Shown: one piece after another, positions 53,111 to 64,000 of the stretch | How positions within the stretch are numbered: the stretch's first letter is position 1 | How the letters are laid out: every line of letters begins with the position of its first letter | Translations under genes and position numbers: made by a program | DNA from: Eledone cirrhosa | Taxonomy: Eukaryota | Length of the DNA: 64,000 nucleotides | Assembly (NCBI GenBank): GCA_964016885.1 | Contig: OZ024752.1 | Span: 30,504,001 to 30,568,000 of the forward strand | Direction of reading: 5' to 3' | Notes under the pieces: model-generated | Databases searched by the model: none | Seen by the model: only the letters and a program-made list of their open reading frames with translations | Told to the model about the DNA's origin: nothing

Positions 53111-54065
53111 TACTCTATACAGCATCCAACACCAGTACTCTATACAGCATTCAACACCAGTACTCTATACAGCATTCAACACCAGTACTCTATACAGCAT
53201 CCAACACCAGTACTCTATACAGCATCCAACACCAGTACTCTATACAGCATCCAACACCAGTACTCTATACAGCATTCAACACCAGTACTCTATACAGCAT
53301 TCAACACCAGTACTCTATACAGCATTCAACACCAGTACTCTATACAGCATTCAACACCAGTACTCTATACAGCATCCAACACCAGTACTCTATACAGCAT
53401 TCAACACCAGTACTCTATACAGCATTCAACACCAGTACTCTATACAGCATCCAACACCAGTACTCTATACAGCATTCAACACCAGTACTCTATACAGCAT
53501 CCAACACCAGTACTCTATACAGCATCCAACACCAGTACTCTATACAGCATCCAACACCAGTACTCTATACAGCATTCAACACCAGTACTCTATACAGCAT
53601 TCAACACCAGTACTCTATACAGCATTCAACACCAGTACTCTATACAGCATTCAACACCAGTACTCTATACAGCATTCAACACCAGTACTCTATACAGCAT
53701 TCAACACCAGTACTCTATACAGCATTCAACACCAGTACTCTATACAGCATTCAACACCAGTACTCTATACAGCATTCAACACCAGTACTCTATACAGCAT
53801 TCAACACCAGTACTCTATACAGCATTCAACACCAGTACTCTATACAGCATCCAACACCAGTACTCTATACAGCATCCAACACCAGTACTCTATACAGCAT
53901 TCAAGACCAGTACTCTATACAGCATCCAACACCAGTACTCTATACAGCATTCAAGACCAGTACTCTATACAGCATCCAACACCAGTACTCTATACAGCAT
54001 CCAACACCAGTACTCTATACAGCATTCAACACCAGTACTCTATACAGCATTCAACACCAGTACTC
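53111..54065. repeat. 25-bp minisatellite, about 38 copies
   Basis: tactctatacagcat(t/c)caacaccag, highly homogeneous. Confidence 0.97.
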
Positions 54066-54194
54066 ACTTGATTTCTGTGTCATTAAAACTTCTCTACATA
54101 TCTTAGAATTAGCTACTACACTTAATTGTTATATATATATATATATGTGTGTGTGTAATGAATATATATATATAGTCTTCAAATTTATTATTAT

Positions 54195-54252
<58 letters not shown>

Positions 54253-54363
54253 ATATATATATATATGTATGTATATATATATATATATATATGTATGTAT
54301 ATATATATATATATATATGTATGTATATATATATATATGTATGTATATATATATATATATATG

Positions 54364-54506
<143 letters not shown>

Positions 54507-54519
54507 ATATATATGTATG

Positions 54520-54570
<51 letters not shown>

Positions 54571-54575
54571 GTATG

Positions 54576-54724
54576 TCTGAGTCAAATCCTGTCGAGTTTA
54601 GCTTTGCCTTTCATCCTTCCGAGGGTCGATAAAATAAAGTACCAGTAACACACTGGAGTTGATTTAATCGATTTCCCCCCTCACCCTTCCTCACCCTTCA
54701 AATTGCCTAAAGTTGAAACAATTA
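54576..54724 (+). mobile_element. 5'-truncated SINE family A copy
   Basis: Contains ctttgcctttcatccttccgagggtcgataaaataaagtaccag and the gaaacaattatt tail. Confidence 0.8.
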
Positions 54725-55669
54725 TTATTATTTTATTTTATCTTTTATGTGTGTGTCTGCTTCAGCTCCTGCTTAATATTTTTTGTTTTATCCAAATAAA
54801 TTCAACAATTTGTTTTCACTGTTTAAGCTATGTTCTTTGATGCTGAAGGCTCCAATCATTCTTATTATTACTATGATTAAATTGTGTCTAAGTAGTGACT
54901 TCTTACAGAATGCAGCGTGTTGCCATTGACCAATGTCTGAAGCAACTGTGGTGGCTTGGTGGTTTTGGTGTCTGTTAGACAAGTTTCAATAAGTGCTGCT
55001 ACTACTTCTACTACTACTCAATTCCTTTCCAAATTGAAATGAGGCAGCCAGTCAGATGGTCGTTCACCCATCCAAACAATCAGCTATGGAGTCTGTGCAT
55101 ATTTCCTTACTGAGAAGGCTTACAGACATCATAAGGGTGAGTGTGGCAGGTCCTACTTATCTATGTGCTATGATGCGTGCTGGTGCAGCATGTGGTTGCC
55201 TAATAATACTATTATTACTTTACTATTAATTCAAGTAAACCAAATAATATTTACAAACCTCATCAGATAGTAACATTTGTTATTCCCAAGCAGCATGTGT
55301 CTCCTATCCTCTATCCCTATCGACCCCTTGTATTTCAATTATAGTTTAATTTTTATTGGTCCCTCCCCCCCGTAGAAAATGCTTTTTAGTGCATGAAGCT
55401 CCATATAACATCGTTGTTTTAGTTCTTCTCTATTTTCCTCCAGTAACTTAATACAATACAATTTATAAAGTGTTGTAATATATATATATAAGTTATATCT
55501 ATATATCTTTCTCTCTCTATATATATATATAAAATTATATATATATATACATATATATCATGCTAGCGTGGAAGATGGACGTTAAACAATGATGATGATT
55601 ATATATATATATATATATATATCAGTATAACAACAGCATATTGTTGTGATTATTATTTACTAATTAGAT

Positions 55670-55861
55670 GGGCGGTGGATTGGCAGTATCGGTAGAGGTT
55701 CGGACGCCATGCTTTGATGCATAGAGTTACGGCCCTTGCCATTCTGAGTTCAAATCCCACCGAGGTTAACTTTACCTTTCATCCTTACGGGGTCGATAAA
55801 ATAAAGTACCAGTAATGTATTGGGTAATTTCTGACCTTGTGCCAATAGTAGAAACAATTAT
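55670..55861 (+). mobile_element. Full-length SINE family A copy with target-site duplication
   Basis: Flanked by direct repeat attatttactaattagat (55652-55669 and 55857-55874). Confidence 0.9.
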
Positions 55862-56224
55862 TTACTAATTAGATATAATTAATGTTGGTAAAAAACCAAG
55901 TTACCATATTCCTCTACTTATACAATAACAGTAAAAGTACCTGTTAGTTATTAATCATTTTATTAACTATTTGTGAACTTGGTGTGTTTACTTCTCTTTT
56001 TTTCAAATATAAAACATTACTGTTTGATACTAAATCAATTGTCATTTACTGCCATCACTATTTCAATCTGACCTCATCTCATTTCCTGCTATTTTTCTTT
56101 CTTAATTACTTTTAGATATATTTAAGATTATATCTTCAATTAAGAGTGTAAAAATGAATATTGTCGTTTTACTCTAAGTTTTACTAATTGTGAAAATATT
56201 ATAATACACACTTAACAACACACT

Positions 56225-56265
<41 letters not shown>

Positions 56266-56269
<4 letters not shown>

Positions 56270-56302
56270 AATATATATATATATATATATAGATGTATGC
56301 AT

Positions 56303-56354
<52 letters not shown>

Positions 56355-56389
56355 ATGTGTATGCATACATCTATATATATATATTCCAT
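56266..56389. repeat. Fold-back palindrome centred on (TA)n
   Basis: atggaa(ta)n gatgtatgcatacac..|..gtgtatgcatacatc(ta)n ttccat. Confidence 0.85.
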
Positions 56390-56397
56390 TTTCCATG

Positions 56398-56546
56398 CTA
56401 GAGTTTCACCTGATATCAGACATTGGCGATCCTATGATAAACAGGTGAAACTCCAGAGAGACTCATTATTTAGCCTTAATTAAAATGAATATTTAAACTC
56501 TACTTTGGTATTGAGTACTCTTTTCTCTTAGTCATCAGCCACATGA

Positions 56547-56550
<4 letters not shown>
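56398..56550 (+). mobile_element. Small PLE/retrozyme-like fragment with short fold-back at putative stem II
   Basis: gagtttc-acctg...caggt-GAAACTC hairpin. The 3' part has the ttgagtactc motif shared with other (TA)n-inserted elements. Confidence 0.45.
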
Positions 56551-56594
<44 letters not shown>

Positions 56595-56669
56595 ACATGA
56601 GGATATATATATATATATATATATAGTCCATGTTCCATATGTCTATAACAATATCAATTGAGTTAAGTA

Positions 56670-56738
56670 AATAATTGTTTCTACTTTAGGCACAAGGCCA
56701 GCAAATACCCAGTACATTACTGGTACTTTATTTTATCG
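56670..56738 (-). mobile_element. Truncated SINE family A copy with TSD
   Basis: Flanked by gagttaagtaaataa direct repeats. Confidence 0.78.
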
Positions 56739-58513
56739 AGTTAAGTAAATAACAAACATGAATATATTTTAAAAGATACACCATAACTATATTTGATCTT
56801 TCTAATATTATAGTTTGGGAATTGTGTTAGCTGATATTTTTATATTGTTTTCTGAAATACTTTCACAACTGGGTTTTAATGTGGAAAATATTTTTCACTT
56901 CTAAATATTTTGAATTTATGAAAAGAAAAGAAATATAGAATCTGGGTGTTAATTTTTGTCAGCAACTAGCCAGTTCTGTTAGATTGTGAATATTTATATT
57001 TATTGTGACTTATTGATGGCTAATTTTTGCCATTTCTAAAGAATGAATTCTTTATTATATTTATATATTTTGTCTTTGTAAAGATTGAATTTTTTTATGA
57101 TTTGAAGCATCAAATTTTGTAAAACTCTGTTTAAAATTTTTTTGTCTGGCAAAAAAAAAATATTTATTTCCAATGATTTTGTTGTCTTTGAAAGAAAATT
57201 GAGAACAGTATGAAACAATTGATAAATTTATTGCTAGTCTTTATAAGGATTTAAATTATTTAGCATATAAATTTCAATTAAAATGAAAGGCAATGAGAAT
57301 CTAGAGCCTTTTGTTACAGTTACATACACAGGGATTTTACGGGTGTTATGGAAATATTAGTTATTTCATTTAAAATAGTTAATATTTTGTTGAGATATAC
57401 AAAATCTTATATATAATGATTGAAGAACTGCGAGACTGTGTCCAGTTTATTATTTTACATCACATTATTAAAATATGTTGGATTACTTTGAATAAATCAT
57501 AAATGAATATTATGTAATATATCGACTAAATTTCTTAGCTCTTGATTAAAAATAAACATAAAGCTCTTGATTAAACATTATCTTATATATAATGTATTGC
57601 TTATTTCAAGATTCACTTTTGTTAAAACTTTCAAATGTCAACTTCTGTTAGCGTTCAATTTACATATATCTAATGCATATAAATTTGCATACAATATCAA
57701 TATCCACACTACATATAGTAGTATAAAACTGCCCGGAGGGGCAGTTCTTCTGCTAGTAGTCTTAATGTAGCCATTGGTAATATAAATATTAAGTTTTAAT
57801 GAATGATTCATCTTAAGTGTGAGGCTGAAATTTTTCTCCTAATTTAGCAACCCTCTCTCACATATATTTTTAGTAGCATCCAAGAAAGGGGTTCTACTAG
57901 ATTGTAAAATGCCCTAGAAACACAGTGCCCCTACTACTCACTCAGAAGTTATGGGTCCATAATACACACCATACATACACACCTTATTCATTTGTCTTCT
58001 TCACCTTAGTGTAATATAGTTGCTACAGATACTTTTGTTCTCTGTCCAAAACCTTGCAGATGTTTTATACTCAGACCCCAAATAATGCTGTCGTTTACTG
58101 ATTCTAGTTGCTGCAATGTGGCCATGCTGGAGCACTGCTAAATAGTTGCAAATAGTTCCACTATCTTTTATACTCAGTGTGATCACATTTTTAAATAAGA
58201 TTTTTATTATATATGCTTTCCCTTCAAAATTTTATTCAACTATATATATTATAACATTTGCATGTGTGTATACTCTGAGCTTCTCATTACCAATCTTCAA
58301 GTAACTGAATATTGATACTTAGAAATGTCTTTAAATACATACACCCTCTAGAAGTAGCTGTTATTGAATCAGTTGATAACTGAGGAATCTGGGTTTAAAG
58401 AGGAGGGAGGACAAGGAGGAGAAAGAAAAAGGGGAGCAACAGGAGTGAGAGAAGTATGATGAAAGTGAATTTCATATATATATATATATATAATCATATT
58501 TATATATATATAT

Positions 58514-58587
58514 TTTCCTTTCTGATGAACGACATCGGACACCTCTGTTGAGGTCACCTGTCATCATGAAACCTTTGGTAAATGGAA
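58514..58587 (+). ncRNA. Degenerate hammerhead ribozyme between (TA)n runs
   Basis: ttccttt-CTGATGA-acgaca...tgtcatcat-GAAAC-c-ttt-g-GTA-aatggaa. Core intact; stems I and II have mismatches. Confidence 0.55.
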
Positions 58588-59147
58588 TAATTGTATTGTG
58601 TTGTTTATTACATAATTAAATATATATATATATGATGATATATATATATATATATGATGATATATATATATATAATTACATAAAAGGAGAAAGCTAATAG
58701 CGATACTCCGACCAATTTCCAACTCACTCAACAAACATTAGGAAATACCGGAGTATATTCCCAATTAAACGTTTGGGGTGCTAACTATATTGTATTGTGT
58801 GGATAATTGGCTGTATTATTTTATATGAGATATATTAAAGATCTCATTTCCCAAACAAATCGTTTCATTGTAAGATTTCTACATGGTGGGTGAAATTATA
58901 CCAAGTTATGTAGAAACTTGCGCAAGATCAGTGGATTCTTATGCAAGTGGGCTCTTACAGATCTTCAGTCCATTAATATTAATATTAATAACTCCCGCAG
59001 TTCGAAAGAAAATCTCACACTGTCCCCAAAATGGGAGGAGGAGGCTACCCTGAAAAATAATACACACTCAGGTCATTGAACTCTGACAAGAATTCAAGCC
59101 TCATGTGAAAAACTCAATTGGATATATATATATATATATAATATAAT

Positions 59148-59493
59148 GGAGGCACATGGCTTAGTGGTTAGAGCATTGGCCTTGCAATCGAAAGGTTGTG
59201 AGTTCAATTCTCAGACCGGGTGATGTGTTGTTTCCTTGAGCAAGACACTTTATTTCACATTGCTCCAGTTTACTCAGCTGTAGAAATGAGATGATAGGGA
59301 CTGGGGTCCCTATCATTCCACTGCAAAGTGGTCGTGGAGGTGCCACGGCAAAAAGCACCCAGCACTCACTGTAAATGAGGTTGGTGTTAGGAAGGGCATC
59401 CAGCTGTAGAAATCAAGCCAGAATCAGTTCCTGTCCCACCCTTGCAAGCAGGGAAAAGCGGATGTAAAATGATGATGATGATGATGATGATGA
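59148..59493 (+). mobile_element. SINE family B (tRNA head, CORE-like domain, RTE-derived tail)
   Basis: Head ggaggcacatggcttagtggttagagc...gagttcaattctc, then tccttgagcaagacacttt, and tail cccacccttgcaagcagggaaaagcggatgtaaaat(gat)n. Confidence 0.9.
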
Positions 59494-60067
59494 TATATGA
59501 TGATATTTATGGGTGTATGTATGTGCCATTTGTAAGTCACCATCCTTCAAACTGATAATTTATGATATAACCCCCACCACCACAATTTCACCACTTATAT
59601 AGAAATAACATATATTACAATATAAAAACCAACACAATGTCTTTATTCCATATATTTCTTCACCATCTCTGATAAATAACATCCTCTTTCTTCCTTTTCT
59701 TCCCTGGCTCTCTCATATGACACCTTTCTCTCACCTTTCTCACCTATTTACTGATTCATTTACCTGTTCATACCTGTAATCTATGTCTATAGGTCTGTGT
59801 GTTTTTCTCGTTTCTTTACATTGGTTTGTTTTTATGCTTGCTTATTTTACACACACACACACACATATATACACACATGTGTGAGTGTGTGTGTGTTTTA
59901 TATATAGGTGTATATATGTATACACACACGTACATATATGTATGTGTGTGTATGTATATATACTTACACACACACACATTATTTTTTATTTTTTTATCCT
60001 CACCCCTATTATTTTTTGTTTCTTCTTCGTCTTCCCCCTCCATTATTTCCTTCTACTTAGCTACCAT

Positions 60068-61810
60068 ATAGTTACTACCTCACAACAATAGCTACTACCT
60101 CGCAACAATAGTTACTACCTCACAACAATAGCTACTACCTCACAACTATAGCTACTACCTCACAATAGTTACTACCTCACAACAATAGCTACTACCTCAC
60201 AATAGTTACTACCTCACAACTATAGCTACTACCTCACAATAGTTACTACCTCACAACAATAGCTACTACCTCACAATAGTTACTACCTCACAACAATAGC
60301 TACTACCTCACAGCTATAGCTACAACCTCACAATAGTTACTACCTCACAATAGTTACTACCTCACAACAATAGCTACTACCTCACAACAACAGCTACTAC
60401 CTCACAACAATAGCTACTACCTCACAACTATAGCTACTACCTCACAATAGTTACTACCTCACAACTATAGCTACTACCTCACAATAGTTACTACCTCATA
60501 ACTATAGTTACTACCTCACAACAATAGCTACTACCTCACAACAATAGTTACTACCTCACAACAATAGCTACTACCTCACAATAATAGTTACTACCTCATA
60601 ACTATAGTTACTACCTCACAACAATAGCTACTACCTCACAACTATAGTTACTACCTCACAACAATAGCTACTACCTCACAACTATAGCTACTACCTCACA
60701 ATAGTTACTACCTCACAACAATAGCTACTACCTCACAACTATAGTTACTACCTCACAACAATAGTTACTACCTCACAACAATAGCTACTACCTCACAATA
60801 GTTACTACCTCACAACAATAGCTACTACCTCACAACTATAGCTACTACCTCACAACTATACTTACTACCTCACAACTATAGCTACTACCTCACAACAATA
60901 GCTACTACCTTATAACTATAGCTACTACCTCACAACTATAGCTACTACCTCACAATAGTTACTACCTCACAATAGCTACTACCTCACAACTATAGCTACT
61001 ACCTCACAACAATAGCTACTATCTCACAATAGCTACTACCTCACAACTATAGCTACTACCTCAATAGCTACTACCTCACAACTATAGTTACTACCTCACA
61101 ACTATAGCTACTACCTCACAACAATAGCTACTACCTCACAACTATAGTTACTACCTCACAACAATAGCTACTACCTTATAACTATAGCTACTACCTCACA
61201 ACTATAGCTACTACCTCACAATGGCTACTACCTCACAACAATGGCTACTACCTCACAATAGTTACTACCTCACAACAATAGCTACTACCTCACAACTATA
61301 GCTACTACCTCACAACTATAGCTACTACCTTATAACTATAGCTACTACCTCACAGCAATAGTTACTACCTCACAACTATAGCTACTACCTCACAATAGTT
61401 ACTACCTCACAACAATAGTTACTACCTCACAACTATAGCTACTGCCTCACAATAGTTACTACCTCACAACAATAGCTACTACCTCACAATAGTTACTACC
61501 TCACAACAATAGCTACTACCTCACAACTATAGCTACTACCTCACAATAGCTACTACCTCACAACAATAGCTACTACCTCACAACTATAGCTACTACCTCA
61601 CAATAGTTACTACCTCACAACAATAGCTACTACCTCACAACAATAGCTACTACCTCACAACTATAGCTACTGCCTCACAATAGTTACTACCTCACAACAA
61701 TAGCTACTACCTCACAATAGCTACTACCTCACAACAATAGCTACTACCTCACAACTATAGCTACTACCTCACAATAGTTACTACCTCACAATGGCTACTA
61801 CCTCACAACT
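60068..61810 (+). repeat. 20/17-bp minisatellite whose unit is complementary to let-7
   Basis: Units atag(c/t)tactacctcacaac(a/t) and atag(c/t)tactacctcaca. About 90 copies, estimated from length divided by unit size. Confidence 0.95.
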
Positions 61811-62090
61811 ACCTTCACTTTTCATACTTTTCTCTTACTTATCTTCACCTCTCCCTCCTATCATTTCTCTGATACTTCTACCCACCACCCACTGCCACCA
61901 CCTACTTTGCTCACACATCCCACTCTATCCCTCTCCAACTCATAAGACAAGTGATTCAGTCAATATGAAATTGAATAACTTTCAAAGTATCAATATTCAG
62001 GCATCTAACAGAGTCAGAAATGATGGATAACTCTGAGTAGTGATTCATGCAAACTCAACTTTGAATATACTATGTGTATATATATATATA

Positions 62091-62141
<51 letters not shown>

Positions 62142-62149
62142 CAATATAT

Positions 62150-62253
62150 TAATTGTTGCTACTTTAGGCACAAGGCCAGCAATTACCCAGTGCATTACTG
62201 GTACTTTATTTTATCGACCCCGTAAGGGGTCGATAAAATAAAGTACCAGTAAT
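62150..62253 (-). mobile_element. 5'-truncated SINE family A copy ending in a perfect 28-bp fold-back
   Basis: attactggtactttattttatcgacccc-gtaa-ggggtcgataaaataaagtaccagtaat. Confidence 0.88.
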
Positions 62254-62504
62254 ATACAATATACAATATATTAATAAATGGAAACTAGATTTATAGAACC
62301 ATAATTATTTTATTATATATATTTCAAGGGCAACCAAGGCATTCTTGGTGCGCTTTCATCAGATAAAATACAAGATTTGTTTTATAAATATTGACATAAC
62401 CGTGGAAACACAACCTTGACGGTTGAAAGTTCACTGGATAGTGAATATATATAGCAGCGATTCTTTGCTTAAACTTTAATCTGTTATTTTAATAAATATA
62501 GATG

Positions 62505-62572
<68 letters not shown>

Positions 62573-64000
62573 GGTGTGTGTATATATATATATACATATA
62601 GGTATATATATGTATGTATGTATATATATATATATGTGTGTGTGTGTGTGGTATTTCATAACTTCACAGTTATAAGATTCAGATCTTATATGTAATTTTT
62701 TTAAATTCAATTTTTAAGTGTTCCATTAACGTTTCATTACAGTCTTTCTAATGGGTTTCGTATTTCAATTAATTTTGAAAATAACCAAATATTACTTAGG
62801 AAACATTTCTAAAATAAAATTTGACGAAACGTTTTTTTATATAAGGATAAACATTTTAAAAGGAGCATTTTTTCCTCCTAAATCCAGGGCTGTTTGATAT
62901 AATAATAATAATGAAAATTATTGTGTACAATGCTCAGGTGCTCTACAACTCATCAAAGGTGCATGTATAGTGCACAGAATAATGTACAAATGTCAGGAAA
63001 GTGAACAGTGTATGAGTCATGATATACACACAGTTACACACATGCGTGCATGTGTATGGAGGGGGAATATCAGGTGTAGTGTTGGTGAATTTCGAGAAGC
63101 ATAGAAGTTTGGAAAAGGGTTAAGTCCATCCTATTTATTCATAGCTTGTTAAGTTAGTGAAGAGTGGTGTATTACTTAATGAATTAATTAATTAATTAAT
63201 TAATTAAGATACTCTTTAGTCATGTATTTAATGAGATATGTGACTCAAATAGAAGGAGAAGTAGTTAATTTAGCCCCTCGTTAGTCATTTACTTACAACT
63301 AGATTCATTTTTCTCCCTAAGATGTTTAATGTTCGTAAATAAAAGCAAAATAACTTCACACTGGAATTATAAACTAGTCATAAGCCATAAGCTCTTCTAG
63401 CTACAATTTTTGCCATTTCTCTATAATGTCTGCAAAAAATCTTCAGCAATTTATGAAGATCAGAAAATAGAATGTTTCCTCCAATCCCCATTCTCATTCA
63501 ATCAGCCTCTTTATTGTTTAATCTTTAGCATGCTGGATTTTTTTAATGAATTGCTTCCCTTGATACTGCATTATGTATTAAGGGGAGATTACTCTATAAG
63601 CGACATAAATCACCCAGAGCGCCCAGAAAATTAAGCTAGTTCTTCTTTTGAAAAGTAGTTTAACAAATTCCTATAAACCTTAATAGATATTTCTATCTCT
63701 CTTTTATAACTGGTTCTTTATTTTACATAAATTATCAAACAATAACAATTGGCTGAAAGAATGTAATCAGAGATAAAAACAAAGTAAACAAAAGGCAGAA
63801 GACATGCAACACTTGTGGCATTGCTGTGGGTGATAGCATGGCTAAGATGCTGGAATAACCAAGCACTCTGATATATTAGTAAAGCTAGCCACCACCAACA
63901 ATGACAGGAACCATGTCATTGTCTTGAACGACACAGGTTGAAAACACAAAATAGTTTGTAATTAATTCACACTCTTCCCTGCTATCATAATATATTTGTG

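Noticed and set aside
54910-54980. Possible exon after the ttcttacag acceptor
   Set aside because: All frames close quickly with no convertase similarity; the minus strand looks more like a LINE remnant.
58850-58975. Intact minus-strand hammerhead (CTGAAGA...GAAAC..GTT)
   Set aside because: Stem I does not pair, so it is kept only as a possible decayed relative.
59148-59222. tRNA gene
   Set aside because: It is the tRNA-derived head of SINE B, continuous with the CORE-like domain and LINE tail. The same applies to SINE A heads.

Overview
AT-rich animal genomic DNA, dense in microsatellites. The SINE tails and repeat make-up suggest a cephalopod (Octopus-like); this is inference. Most ORF-track entries are (TA)n/(CA)n or minisatellite artefacts. 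Host coding sequence I can support is limited to two + strand exons (7527-7891 and 36006-36223). Each encodes its own version of the last beta-strand of a proprotein-convertase (furin/PC family) P-domain (LxxWxLVxxGTxxHP) behind a phase-1 acceptor, so they look like alternative C-terminal exons; the shared upstream exon is not in the window. The rest is intron/UTR or intergenic DNA containing decayed Penelope-like (PLE) and RTE retrotransposon ORFs, two tRNA-derived SINE families, mariner, pogo and piggyBac-type MITEs, and several minisatellites. Three things stand out. (1) Small non-coding elements sit in (TA)n runs and carry type I hammerhead ribozymes (one intact-looking at 35080-35159, several variant or decayed); several form head-to-head fold-back palindromes whose turn lies at hammerhead stem II. 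(2) A ~1.75 kb minisatellite (60068-61810) has a unit that is a bulged complement of let-7 miRNA, repeated roughly 90 times. (3) The convertase tails look like a soluble mucin-like form versus a form with a possible GPI or membrane anchor.
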